The notes beneath the pieces are model-generated. The model worked only from the letters and a program-made list of their open reading frames with translations. It was not told where the DNA came from and made no database searches. A DNA stretch of 64,000 nucleotides from Felis catus (lineage: Eukaryota): NCBI RefSeq assembly GCF_018350175.1, contig NC_058370.1, positions 118,482,001-118,546,000 of the forward strand. Direction: 5' to 3'. Below, piece after piece: positions 11,301 through 28,609 of this stretch. The stretch's first letter is position 1; each line of letters starts with the position of its first letter. Position numbers and translations under genes: made by a program.

Positions 11301-13603
11301 CAAGCAGCGGGTCTTGCCGAACTGTGGGGGACAAGAAGACGATGTTGCAGTAACTTTGGGCTCCCTCTTGACTCCCCCCAGTTCTTTTTTTGGTAGGTTT
11401 CCCCCCTACCCCATTTCCTGGGCTGGTGATNNNNNNNNNNNNNNNNNNNNNNNNNNNNNNNNNNNNNNNNNNNNNNNNNNNNNNNNNNNNNNNNNNNNNN
11501 NNNNNNNNNNNNNNNNNNNNNNNNNNNNNNNNNNNNNNNNNNNNNNNNNNNNNNNNNNNNNNNNNNNNNNNNNNNNNNATTAAGCTCTCCCCACCAATCT
11601 GAACTGCTTTAAGACTATTTAACATTATGTTAGTATTTCCAAACTGTATTAGTATATTGACCAAATTGCTTTGTTAATACCTACAACATCCTTGTATGCT
11701 ATTTACTTTTCTTAATTAAGTAACAGATGAAACAAAAGGCTCCCCAGATCCAGAAAGTAATTCAGGACAGTCTACAGAACCAGCTGTTTTGAGTCTCTTC
11801 CCATAGTTCTCAACTGTTAGCTTAAAGTTCCCTCCAACCACTCACCGGCTTGCATGTACTTCTCTAACTGCTCTCTCCTCTGTTCTACCTCAGCAGGTGT
11901 CAGAGAGAAAAGCTTCTTTGGGGGAAATGCAGGAAGAACATTGGCCCCATACTCCTTCCGAAGCTATTTGGAGAAAGAGATACAACCCTTCACATAAACA
12001 CAGCAAATGAGAAGAGGTAATCCACACTCACAATGTTCTCTTGGTTGGTCTCCCTTCCCTTCCCTTAGTCCCTGCTCCCCCGTTTAGCCTGGTCATCCAA
12101 GAAATAATTCCTGTGGTGAAGGTAGCATACCAACAGAGCTGTGTTCCTCTGTTCTAAATATAAGTTGTGTCCTATTTGCTATGTACAAGTCAGCCCCTTC
12201 ACAGTGTGGGTGCGGTTTGTATAGGTCTGGGGCCTGGGGAGCCCCCTAATTATTTAGCAAGACTGTTCGTTGAACCCTCACAAGAAGCAAAGGGCTTTAC
12301 AAGGAAAATTTATGTGCCTGGTTAAATATAGCCAAATATGTACACAAAATGTCTTAGAACTTAAAGGGACTTTGCAGAGCAACAACTCCATTTTTCAGTC
12401 TTAGAAACTAAGGCCCAAAGAAATTAGGTAACTTAGTCAGGGTTGCACAGTTAGTTATCAGTGGAATCAGGACTCTGTACTGAGTTGAAAAGAGCTTGCA
12501 ATCTGGTGAGGAGAACATAGAAACATTGCGTCACAGATACATGAGGATAACTGAACAGCTAGGCCCACTGAAAGTTGTTAAAGAGCACAGAAGGTATTGG
12601 TGAATGGTTTGTATGAGCAGGGAAAAGAATTTCAAGTTGCAGCTCAGATGACGGAAGGAATGTGCTTCAGCAGCAGAGGGGGGAGGTCGGTTTTTCCATG
12701 CACAGGCAAAGGCTGAAGTAAGACGGGGCACAAGGAAGCAAAAAGGCGGATGTGAGTATAAGGAGGAGCAGTTAGAGTAACAGACAGTAAGCTTCTTAGG
12801 GAGTTCCCCGGAAATGTCAATCGATAAGATGAAACACCAGATCCTCCCCAGTGGCAGTAGTTAAAGGGGAACTACACGGCCTAGAGGAAGCGACGAGGGG
12901 GGAAAAACGGAGACACTGATGCCCAGTTGTAGGAAAGGACCTGAAAGCTGCCTCAAGGCAGGGGTGCTGGTCCCACCTGCTCGTGCAGCCCCAGGAGCTG
13001 GCTGTAGCGCACCCGGCAATGAAGGACTCCATTCACGTGGATATTATAGGCCTGAGGACACAAAAGCAGGCAAGCATTTTAGGGTCGCAGTCTGGGCGAC
13101 CCCCTTGAAAACCCTGGCCAGAAGTTGCCTGGCATAACTCCGCCTGAGTAACGCACCGAGATCTTCCGAGGGCTTATTCGTCTGTTCTCCCCAGGGCCAG
13201 GTCCCAAAGCAGAAGGACCAGCCCGAGGGCAACTGGGGCGCTGGTGCCGCAGTCTCCCTCCCCAAGAGGCCAGTGACGCCCACCAGAGCAGTCGCGGCCC
13301 AGCCAGGGGGGAGGCGACGCAGGCGAACAAAAGACCTGAAGGAGCTGGGGCGACCTCTGGACGAATCTGAGACGGGATATAAGCTCCCAGCGAGGCCGTC
13401 AGGAGTCGGCTGCCTGGGAACAGGCCCCAAGGGTGGCGGCCAGGCCTCAGAGGCCGCTCGNNNNNNNNNNNNNNNNNNNNNNNNNNNNNNNNNNNNNNNN
13501 NNNNNNNNNNNNNNNNNNNNNNNNNNNNNNNNNNNNNNNNNNNNNNNNNNNNNNNNNNNNNNNNNNNNNNNNNNNNNNNNNNNNNNNNNNNNNNNNNNNN
13601 NNN
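8392..13603 (-). CDS. SNX17: Sorting nexin 17 (PX + FERM-like); first and last coding exons hidden in N gaps
   Basis: Visible exons: 12977-13051, 11846-11963, 11257-11321, 10868-10978, 10671-10761, 10419-10506, 10109-10178, 9732-9824, 9433-9636, 9185-9310, 8944-9021, 8741-8815, 8608-8649. All are GT-AG and in phase (AYNIHVNGVLHCRVRYSQLLGLHEQ ... ESPDASRESMVKLS). Exon 1 is expected in gap 13461-13603 and the last exon in gap 8392-8523, so the outer coordinates are approximate. Confidence 0.97.
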
Positions 13604-13680
13604 CCGGGCTCCGGACTGACAGGGCTGCAGCGGCTTTACACGCTCGCCTCCGCCGCTCAGCGCGTCCCCGCTGCCTCACT

Positions 13681-13975
13681 CGCCATTTTGGGGGGGGGGG
13701 GGGAGCTGGGATCGGAGGTGGAAGGGTGGTGGGACGTCCGCTCTAGGGCGCGGCACCCCCGGCATGCTGGGAACTGTAGTCTAAAGAGCAAGAGCCGACT
13801 GCCAGGACTGGGCGCCCCGAGGTGAGAGGGCCCTCATCGGTGCCCGTAGCCCGGGGCGGAGCTCCAGTGCACGTTGGGGATTGTAGTCCGCTGGGAGCTG
13901 CGCGCCACGGGTGTCGGCCCAGGTGGCGCTGTAAGGCCTAGGGACCGCGGCGGGCGGAGCCTAGAACGGAGGGTG
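13681..13975. promoter_or_regulatory. Bidirectional SNX17/EIF2B4 CpG promoter
   Basis: Head-to-head genes less than 300 bp apart. YY1 CGCCATTTT at 13681-13689. Two ACTACA-SBS (ZNF143-type) motifs on the minus strand at 13762-13781 and 13867-13888. Confidence 0.85.
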
Positions 13976-19419
<5,444 letters not shown>

Positions 19420-19437
19420 GTGGGGGAACACAGGGTC

Positions 19438-19443
19438 AATAAA
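19438..19443 (+). terminator. EIF2B4 polyadenylation signal
   Basis: AATAAA 18 nt after the stop, followed by a GU/U-rich tract near 19469-19492. Confidence 0.85.
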
Positions 19444-19539
19444 TGACATGCTCCCTACATTCAGCAACTTTGCTGCGTTTGTATCTATTTTAGTATCGTC
19501 ATCACTTAGGTGAGAAGTCCAGGCTCTTCAACCCCTCTT

Positions 19540-19748
19540 TTATTTTCTTTTATTTATTTATTTTGAGAGAGAAAGAGCATGTGTGTGAGTGGGGGAGGGG
19601 CAGAGAGAGAGGGGGACAGAATCCCAGGCAGGCTCCATGCTGTCAGTGCAGAGCCTGACGCAGGGCTCAATCCCTTGAACCTTGAGATCATGATTTGAGC
19701 CAAAATCAAGAGTTGGACACTTAACCAACTGAACCACGCAGGCGCCGC
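19540..19748 (-). mobile_element. Can-SINE
   Basis: Full element. TSD AACCCCTCTT at 19530-19539 and 19752-19761. Confidence 0.9.
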
Positions 19749-20006
19749 TGTAACCCCTCTTACGACCTGTACCAATCTCAGACCTTTATGAACCTCTTCA
19801 GTAACTAGTTCCAGGTCAGTAGTTTGGGGCCAAAGTGAAGGTCAGTATGGACACCAACACTGATCCAAGTCATCAACCATTTATCAAGCATGTACATGCC
19901 AGACACTGAACTAGATATAAGGAGGAATATAAAGACGGATTAGAGAGTTATCTTTAGTATTTTAGTATATTTTAAATAATTACATATTAAGTATTTCGTA
20001 TTCTCA

Positions 20007-20150
20007 GCATTGAGTACTTGTTCTGTGTCAGAAACTGCTCTAATCCTGTATGATCCATTTAGGAAGGTTAAGATAGCTCTATGAAGAGAAATTTTACAGG
20101 TGAGAAAACTGAGACACAGAGAGGTTACCTGCCTAGGCAATATAGCTAAG
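20007..20150. mobile_element. MIR fragment
   Basis: ttttacaggtgagaaaactgagacacagagagg MIR core. Confidence 0.65.
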
Positions 20151-20510
20151 GCACAGAGAGGCTAAGCTACTGTCCAGGGTAACACAAAAGCAGCTTGTGA
20201 TTTCAGGCATTCTGGATGGAGAGACTGTGCCCCTAACTTTTATGCTGTCTGCCATTGAGGGGCACTCATCATGGTGGAGGCAGACAGACAATATCTGCAG
20301 TATGACAGAAATTCTACTAGTTGCATGAACAGAGTCTCTAGGAGGCAACCATGGATGACACCCAGAGACCTAATAAGGTTGAAGACTTCACAGGGAGCAT
20401 CTGACCTGTGAGGGTAGGGAGTTTCCCGGTTGGAAAACAATGGGAAGGCAGATCAGCAAAGGGAATAGCTTGAACACAAAAACAGAATAGGCTTTAAAAT
20501 GTGTGGCCAA

Positions 20511-20697
20511 GGGGTGCCAGGGTGGCTCAGTGGGTTGGGCTTCTGACTTGCGCTCAGGTCATGATCTCCTGGCTTGTGAGTTTGAGCCCCGCGTCAGGCT
20601 CTGTGCTGACAGCTCGGAGCCTGGAGTCTGCTTCAGATTCTGTGTCTCCCTCTCTCTCTGCCCCTCCCCTGCTTGCACTCTGTCTCTCTGTCTTTAT
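20511..20697 (+). mobile_element. Can-SINE lacking an obvious A-tail
   Basis: ggggtgccagggtggctcag head and (CT)n 3' part. Confidence 0.85.
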
Positions 20698-21431
20698 CTG
20701 AATGATAAAGCTGCAAAGGAGGTTGGGTTAGGGCCAGATTGTGAGCCTAACCATTGTGGTTAGCCTAAAAAAATGGAGAGTCACCCATTTTGTGTGTACA
20801 TGTGTTTTATTGAGAAATTTCAAATAGCTCCACAATAGAGTAAACCATATTAAGAATCCCCGTCCCAGATACAATTACCAAGATTTGCCACATTTGCTTT
20901 CTTTTTCCTTTTTTATCCTTGCTGAAGTTCCTTTACAGTAAATCCCAGATATTGTATCTGGGATTCACTCCTACAAACCTCAGTATGTGTCTCTAAAAAA
21001 ATATGGAAGTTTACCATTGTATTGTTACACTTACTAAATTTAGTATTTGTCCAGTCTATAATCAGATTTCCTTGATTGTCTCAAAAACTGGATTTTTTAC
21101 AGTTGGTTTGTTTGAATCAGGATCCAAACAAATCTACACATTACATTTGGTTATTATGTCTTCAATTTCTTATAATCAAAAGCAGTCTCTTCAAGCCTTC
21201 CTCCTTAGGACATTGACTTGTTCAGATATCAGATCATCTTATAAAATATTCCCTACTCTGGATTTGACTATTGGTTTCCATGTGATGTCATTTAATTCAT
21301 TCCTCTAACCCCTCAATTTCCATTCAACTTTTTGGGCAAGAATACTTAAGTGGTTCTGTGTTTCATACTGCCTCACATCAGGAGGCAAATAGTTGTTCCA
21401 TGTTCAGTGATGAGTAGGTCCAGTTTTAGTC

Positions 21432-21624
21432 TTTTTTTTTTTTTTTCCTTTAAGTTTATTTTGTGAGAGAGAGAGAGTGGGGGTGGGGGGAGGGGGGACA
21501 GAGGGGAACAGAGGATCCCAAGCGGTCTCTGCACTGACAACAAGAGAGTCTGATGTGGGGCTTGAACTCATGAGCCATGAGATCCTGACCTGAGCCAAAG
21601 TTGGACGCTTAACTGAGACCCCCC
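21432..21624 (-). mobile_element. Can-SINE
   Basis: T-tail, (GA)n and SINE body. Confidence 0.85.
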
Positions 21625-22254
21625 AATTTTAAAGTTTTAAATATTAAAATTTCTCAAGTTTTCACTTAGTGGTTTTATCTACTGGTGGTTATTGCCTGAA
21701 TTATTTCATTAGAGGCTGCAAAATGACTTTCCCCCCTAATTCTGTCCTTTCTATATTTCCTAGCTGGTAATCTAAAAAGAATTCCTTCTCAGTAGTTATC
21801 CTGAATTATATTTCTTCTTGGAAAGACAAGATAAATGTTTCTTTCCTTTTATTTGCTTGTTTCAAAAAATTGATCACTATTTCCAGTGGCATACAATGAG
21901 TAGTTTTTGGTTAGTTGGCTTTCTCTCCCTCTCCCTCCCTCTCCCTTTTTTAAAGGATTATTAACTCGTGGGTTTTTTATTTATTGAGCATCTTAATCAT
22001 TAAAATTAAGCAGAAGATCTACAGGGTCAACTCTATACTTTAGAAAGGTAACTGATAAGAGATTAGAGGCAGAGGAACAAATCAGTTGAAAGATGGCCTG
22101 TCAATCAAAATTACAATTGCACCTAAACTTTTGGTCCAGCAACTCTGCCTTTAGGAATTTATGCTACCTACCCATATAGTTGCTCATGTTTGAAGTAACA
22201 AGGTTATTTATAGCAGCATTGACTAGAAACCACCTAAATATCCAATAATATTAG

Positions 22255-22571
22255 CAAGTTGACCTTTGAACAACACAGTTTTGAACTGTGTGGGTCCACT
22301 TATATATGGGTTTTCTTCATTACAGTACAGAACTATAAAAGTATTTTCTCATGATTTTCTTAACATTTTCCTTTTTCTAGCTTACTTTACTGTAATACAG
22401 TATATAATACATATTAACATACAAAATACACGTTAATTGATGGTGTATGGACTTCCAGTCAACAGTAGGCTATTTAGTAGTTAAGTTTTGGGGGGAGAAA
22501 AAGTTAACATGTAGATTTTTCCACTACTACACTGGTGTTGGCACCCCTAACCCCTGTGTTCAAGGTCAATG
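22255..22571. mobile_element. Tigger-family (TcMar) MITE, Tigger2a-like
   Basis: Terminal inverted repeats caagttgacctttgaacaacac and gtgttcaaggtcaatg. Confidence 0.75.
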
Positions 22572-23159
22572 ATATACTACATTCATATCATTACTAAGCA
22601 GTCATGATAAAGAATGAGGAAGGTTTTATGTACAGAAATGAAACAATCTCCAAAGTATACTGAGTTAAGAGAAGCCAGATACAGGACAGTGTTTGAATTA
22701 AAAGGGGAAAGATTTATATGCATTTGCATATGTGCATGAATATATAAAATATTTTGAATCTGTAACAAGGAACTGCTTGTGTGGATGTAGAGACAGGTGG
22801 AGGCCTTCACTTTACACCCTATGTATCCTTTGAATTTTGAGCCATGCGAATATCTTACTCCAAAAATGAATACAACTAATATAAAAGATTTTGCAGTAAA
22901 GTCAAACATAGCCTAACTGAGGCAACAGCTCCTCCCACGTTTTTCTTAAATGTTTTGTGTAACCAAGGGAATGTAATAGGTGAGATTTTGGGGGAAGAGA
23001 AAGGCTGGTTTACTCCACCTCTTCTGGTCCCTATTTATAAATCTTGAATTCTCCCAGTTGATAGGTGGAGACCTGTGAAGTTTATATGGCTTTAAAGGTC
23101 TCAGGAAAGGGCAGAAATTTGTTACCTTTTTTTCTTTGTCCACCAGCATCCCACCTCCC

Positions 23160-23313
23160 CCATTTTTGTTTTTTTTTAATGTGTATTTTTGAGAGAGAAA
23201 GCATGGGGGGGGGGTGTTCTGAAGCCAACTCGGCTGACAGCAGAAAGCCTCTTTCGGGCCTTGAACTCACAAACCTGAGAGAGATCATGACCTGAGCCGA
23301 AGAGCGTCACTTT
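23160..23313 (-). mobile_element. Truncated, diverged Can-SINE flanked by an 18-bp direct repeat
   Basis: SINE body; ACCAGCATCCCACCTCCC at 23142-23159 and 23314-23331. Confidence 0.75.
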
Positions 23314-23783
23314 ACCAGCATCCCACCTCCCGGGAATGCGGCAAGGCCTATGCCCAACCAAGGCCAAGGTCCAAGCCTGAGGCTGAGGCGAGAGTAGCGT
23401 CCCCACGCCAGACTTTTCTACTGGCTCCCCTTCCCTGTCCTTTGCCCAGTCCCCCTTAATGTGGTTTAGTAGGGCCCATCCTTGACTTCACAAGTGGATG
23501 CCCCTCGCGGAGGCCCCAGTCATCCTCTGGCAGGCCGCGGCAGGGATTCCTCATCTCTCAGTCTGTGTCTTCGTCTGGGACTGCGCCGCGTAGTTACTTT
23601 CACTCCAGCCTGGCCCGGCTCGCCACGCGGCAGGCAGCCTTGACCGTTAGGCAGGCTTCCAGTGCTCAGGAACAGCAACCAGGCCTGGGCGCGCCGCACA
23701 CTCGAGGCTCTAGTACCGGCCCCTTGGGAATCCGCGGGGCGCGACGACCATCACCGCGCAGGCGTCAATCTTCCTTTCTTGAC

Positions 23784-24083
23784 ACTGCAATTCCCAGAAG
23801 GCCACGCAGCGTCCCCTGCGCGGCTAAAGCCCAGGAGCTTCAACGGCTCCGAAAGGGCGCGGGACTCTCGCCGCACTGCATTGTGGAATACATAGTCTGA
23901 GAAAACGTCTTCGGGCACAAAGTCCCCACCAAGCTCACGTGTTTACCTTGTGCACTGGCGGCCGGAGGGGCGGAGGCGGGGGGAGGGGGAGGGGAAGGGG
24001 GGGGACAATAAAGAGTAGCTACCAGATTTCGTCATAAAACCGCGACCAGACAGGCGGCGCCATCTTCGAACTTGGACTTCCGG
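23784..24083 (+). promoter_or_regulatory. GTF3C2 promoter elements
   Basis: ZNF143-like ACTGCAATTCCCAGAAGGC 23784-23802, G-tract 23967-24004, YY1 CGCCATCTT 24058-24066 and ETS ACTTCCGG 24076-24083. Confidence 0.65.
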
Positions 24084-24099
24084 AAGGACTTTGGTGAGG
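24000..24099 (+). other. GTF3C2: Non-coding first exon of GTF3C2 (5' boundary uncertain)
   Basis: Lies in a CpG island with YY1 and ETS motifs and ends at a strong donor GAGG|GTGAGT at 24099/24100. The next exon acceptor is at 32700. Confidence 0.7.
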
Positions 24100-25680
24100 G
24101 TGAGTGTACCGCAGCGGGGTGTGCGGGGGCCCCACGATTCCTCCTCCTCCTCCTTTTCCCATAGCACTAAGATAATGGGAACCAGCTCCCGGCTCCTCTC
24201 TTCCCTCTGCACAGCATCGCGATTTCCAGCCCCCGCGCTGCTGCAGAAACCATCACGCTCCCCACCTCCTTCCCTGTAGTGCAACCGGACATCCCTTATC
24301 CCTGCTAACCATGGCTCTTGCCTTCTTTCTCGACGCGGTGCGGGTAACACGGCATCCTGTGCTCTGGCCGCGTCGTTGGTAACATTGCATTCCTCGGACT
24401 CAGCAAACCTACAGTAGTCCTCGGCCTCAGAAAACTCAGGGCTCGCCCCCAGCCCAGGCTAGGGATGGAAGCTGCCTTCACGCCCATGACTGAGGAAGGG
24501 CAGACGGTCACCCCTAGAGTAGTAGCGGGTCATTCTCATTCGGCTGTGTCTCATCTTCCTCGATGAGGCTCTTTTAACCCCGGGGTTGTGCCCCGCGCGC
24601 TGCAACCCCATTGGCGCAGCCAAGGGCCAGTTATGTTTCCCTTCTAGTCCTTTTATCCCGCAGCAAGTTGGCTGACTGCTGGGGGAAGGCAGAGGTGGCG
24701 ACTTCAGCCCCACCCTAGTAACTCACTTTGTTAGAGAGGTGTAGTGTTTGGCGAAGCCTCTTCGCCCTAGTGGCATATCGTTACACACACTTCAGCCATT
24801 CCTGTGCCTTGGTTACTTTTTGCCACCCCTTCTTATCAAATGTATTGTTTTCTTAGTAGTTTTTAAAAATTGGCTTATTTTTAAAATTTAAGTGCTTTAG
24901 TCTCAATCTAAGCAAGAAAGATGAAACCATGGGTTTCATGGACTAGAGTGTTTTATACAAGTTAAAAACACAAAATAAAACTCATTTTTGTATCATTAAA
25001 ATAATCTTGCATACCACCAGCTGTACCATAGGAACACTTTGGTATTAGACCAAACAGTGTGTTTAAAGTAATTGCATAGTTGAGGAACTGTGTTAACTAA
25101 TCATTTTCCTTGATTAGGGAAATCCTGGCAGCCTTGAAGGGCCATTCCAAACAAGTTGAAGGTGCAAATGTAAACTTTTATAAACTCTAGCAAAATTTAT
25201 TAAACATCCCTTCCTTTACTTATGTCTAGAATTTGTATTATAAAATCATAAATGGAAATTAACCACCATACCCTGCTGCTGCCTTCTAGAGAAGTGAATT
25301 CTTGAAGGGATTTTTGCACCGTGAGAAGGTGGTCATTCAATTAACAAAGTTTAATTATTGCACTTACCATGTACCAGGTTCTGGATTCAGTAGTGAATCA
25401 GGCAAGATCCTTATGAAACTTTCAGGGAAGATACATATGGAGTAAGTGAATACCCATATCTCTTATTATCATAAGAAAATACCACATGGACTAAAGAGCT
25501 ACGTTTAAGATTCAAAACTAGAAAAAGTATTAGAAGAACATAAAATAGGGTATGTTTATATCAGTGGGGTAGGAGATGCCTTTTTAAGACACAAACAAGT
25601 CATAAAGGAAAAGTCATAAAGAAAAAAAATTAACGCAGTAAATATAATTTCAGTTTAGCAAGAAACATTATAAACAAAGG

Positions 25681-26032
25681 TTTTTTAAAAAATATTTTAT
25701 GGGGCACCTGAGTGGCTCAGTTGGTTAAGCGTCCGACTTCGCCTCAGGTCATAATTTAAGGGTTCGTGGGTTTGAGGTCACGTCGGGCTCTGTGCTGGCA
25801 GCTCAGAGCCTGGAACCTGTTTTGGATTCTATGTCTCTCTGTCTCCAACCCGCCACCTCTCGTGCTCTGTCTCTCTGTCTCTCTCAAAAATAAATAAACA
25901 TTTTAAGAATATATTTTATTTTTATTTTATTTATTTTATTTTAAGTAGGCTTCACATCCAGTGTGGGGCTTGAACTCACAACCCTGAGATCAAGATTTTC
26001 ACACTCCACCAACTGAGCCACCCAGGTGCCCC
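25681..26032. mobile_element. Nested Can-SINEs: full-length (+) copy 25701-25905 inside the tail of a short (-) copy
   Basis: Outer TSD TAAACAAAG at 25671 and 26033. The inner element has its head at 25701 and an A-tail near 25888-25900. Confidence 0.8.
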
Positions 26033-26049
26033 TAAACAAAGTTTTTTTA

Positions 26050-26600
26050 AAAAAGTAGAGACATAGTATTTGCAACATAAATAATTTCACAGATCAATAA
26101 GGAAAAGATTGCTTTGTACTATAGAAATATGGGCAAATTATAAGTACGGACAATTCATAAAAAAAAATAGATGTCCAATATATAAAAAGAAGTTGCTAAC
26201 CTCAATCATTATCAGGACAATGCAAATAAATACAATAGGGAAGAATTCTTTCATCCATCAGATTGGCAAGGGTGTGGCAAAATGGGTACTGATATATGGT
26301 TAGTGGGATTACAAATTGACTTTTGTTTTGGTGAGCTGTTTGCAGTATCTATTAAATTTTGAAATGTGTATATCCTTTAATCCAGTACAATAATTCCACT
26401 TCATATCATTATTCTGGAAAATAATTTCTCATTAACGAAAAGATCTGTACTTAGATATTTATTGCAGTATTGTCTGTAATAGTGTTGTGATTCAGTTGTG
26501 CATCAAATGGGGATTATCCAAATGAACTATAATTCTATGGAACACTGGATAGTAACTAAGAAGAATGAGATAGTATTTGTGCACTGATGTGGAAATTCTT
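26050..26600 (+). mobile_element. Ancient L1 (L1ME-like) ORF2 3' remnant
   Basis: A-rich degenerate L1 ORF2-end text (atgcaaataaatacaat..cagattggcaa..ccacttc). Confidence 0.5.
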
Positions 26601-27444
26601 TAAGACATACATAGAAGTTCTCTTAACTGATACCTATTTAACTAGCTCCCTGTGTTAACTGACATTCCCCATTTCCTCTGTAAAGCATACAAACTGATGT
26701 TCATGGCACACTGCATACCTGAAGCCTATCGGCTTTTCTCCTATAGGCCTGGTCACTGTTCTCACTGGTGGAGTTGAATGCTTGCCAAGAGTCATTGTGA
26801 TGGTCCTCAACATTTTTTATGTCAGTTAATTTGTCATTATATTTATATTATTGTGATATATGTTTAAATTTTAAAGATTTTGAGTATGAAAGAATTACTG
26901 TTTCTATTAAAACTAAGTTGTAATGTGGCAGATAAACAGGTGCTTTATTATTCTTTATATTCTACACATATTTACAAGTATTCTACTTCAACTAAAAGTA
27001 TTATAAAGACAACTCAGAAAAGAAAGGAAACTAAGTTGATCCCTTGGGAAAGGCAAAAGAGGTACATTTGCAAGAAACAAAGAAGCATATGGGTGTGGGT
27101 GAGACAACTCTAAAAGACTGAGGAAATTTTGTAAAGATCTGAAACTTTATTGCACTTGAATTGCTTCTCAAGAAAAGACAATGTTTCAAGAAAGGAGTGA
27201 TCAATAGCATCAGTGCTGCTAAGAGATCAAGTTAAAGGAAACAGAAGTGTCCACTGAATTAGTTGACAGCAGTTATTGGAGGCTTTAGCTTCAGTGATGG
27301 AAGGCAAAATCCTAGTCAGAATGAAGCAGGGTAATTAAAACATCACATGCAGAGAACTCTTTCAAAGTTTGACTGTGAGAGGGAGGAGGAACATGGGTTA
27401 AAGGGTAGTTGTATGTGTGTTAAGATGAGAATTATTGACATTAC

Positions 27445-27650
27445 TTTTTTTAATGTTTATTTTTGAGAGAGAGAGTGCACATGGGCAAGTGGGGTAGGGA
27501 CAGAGAGAGAGGGAGACACAGAATCGGAAACAAGCTCCAGGCTCTGAGCTGTCAGCACAGAGCCCAATGCGGGGCTCAAACTCACGAACTGTGAGATCAG
27601 GACCTGAGCCGAAGTCAGACACTTAACTAACTGAGCCACCCAGGCATCCC
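27445..27650 (-). mobile_element. Can-SINE
   Basis: Full element. An adjacent short (+) SINE at 27679-27782 lies head-to-head with it. Confidence 0.9.
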
Positions 27651-28609
27651 AGTAATTACAGACATTTAAATGCAGTTGGGGAGGCACCTGGCTGTTTCAG
27701 TGGGGCATGCGACTCTTGTTTTCAGGGTTGTGAGTTTGAACCCCATGTTGGGTGTAGAGATTACTTAAAAATAAAATCTTTATAAATAAATGAAGGAAGG
27801 AAGCAACCAATTGGACAATAGCCAATGGAAAGGAAAAGGATAAACAATTCCAGTGTCCCTAGGAGGTAGGGTGATGGAGCTAGAACACAGGTGGAGGTTG
27901 GGCTTAGAAAGTAGATAAAGGGTTCAGATGGAGAGAGTAGGCTTCTTGACCAGACATTGAAGTATTTCCCACATAGTGACTTTCTGGGTTTTGTTTTGGG
28001 AATCAGAGGCAAAATACCTGCTGAGAACCAGGGCATCAGATATTGAGGGAGAGGTAATGTGGGGGCTGCCTAGACAGAACGTGTAAGTGGTAGCACTCGG
28101 CACCTTAGATGCACACATGGAGAAGAAGGATGGTTGGTTCATCCAGGGCTTAAATTTTGCCAATTTTGCAGAGCAAAAAGATAAGAAAGGAACTTCACAA
28201 TATCAACAAGAATCTGATTCAAATAAAGGAATCTAAGCTAGATAGGATGTGGCCAACACAAGGGAGAAATTGGAGAGATCAATAGATAGTGACTTGATAT
28301 GGTTGGAGAATAGATATAGATTGTAGTTGAGCAGTCTGGCTATAAAGATGGGAGGTTGTGATCAGATAGTGGGATGTCTTTGTGATTTTGGAGGTTAAAA
28401 GGTTTTGTGTGATGACAAGGTCCAGTGTGTGACAGCAAGTGAGTAGCAATGGTTTAGCTGAATGTTCTGAGCTTCAAGAACAGTTTTTACAAGACAGGGA
28501 GAACTCTTGGTCTAGAAGTGGCATTGGAGACGAATTGACAAGACGCTGATCCCACTTTCTACTGTGGGGTAAGTGGGACATGAGAGAAGGAAAAACCTCC
28601 ACTGAGAGC

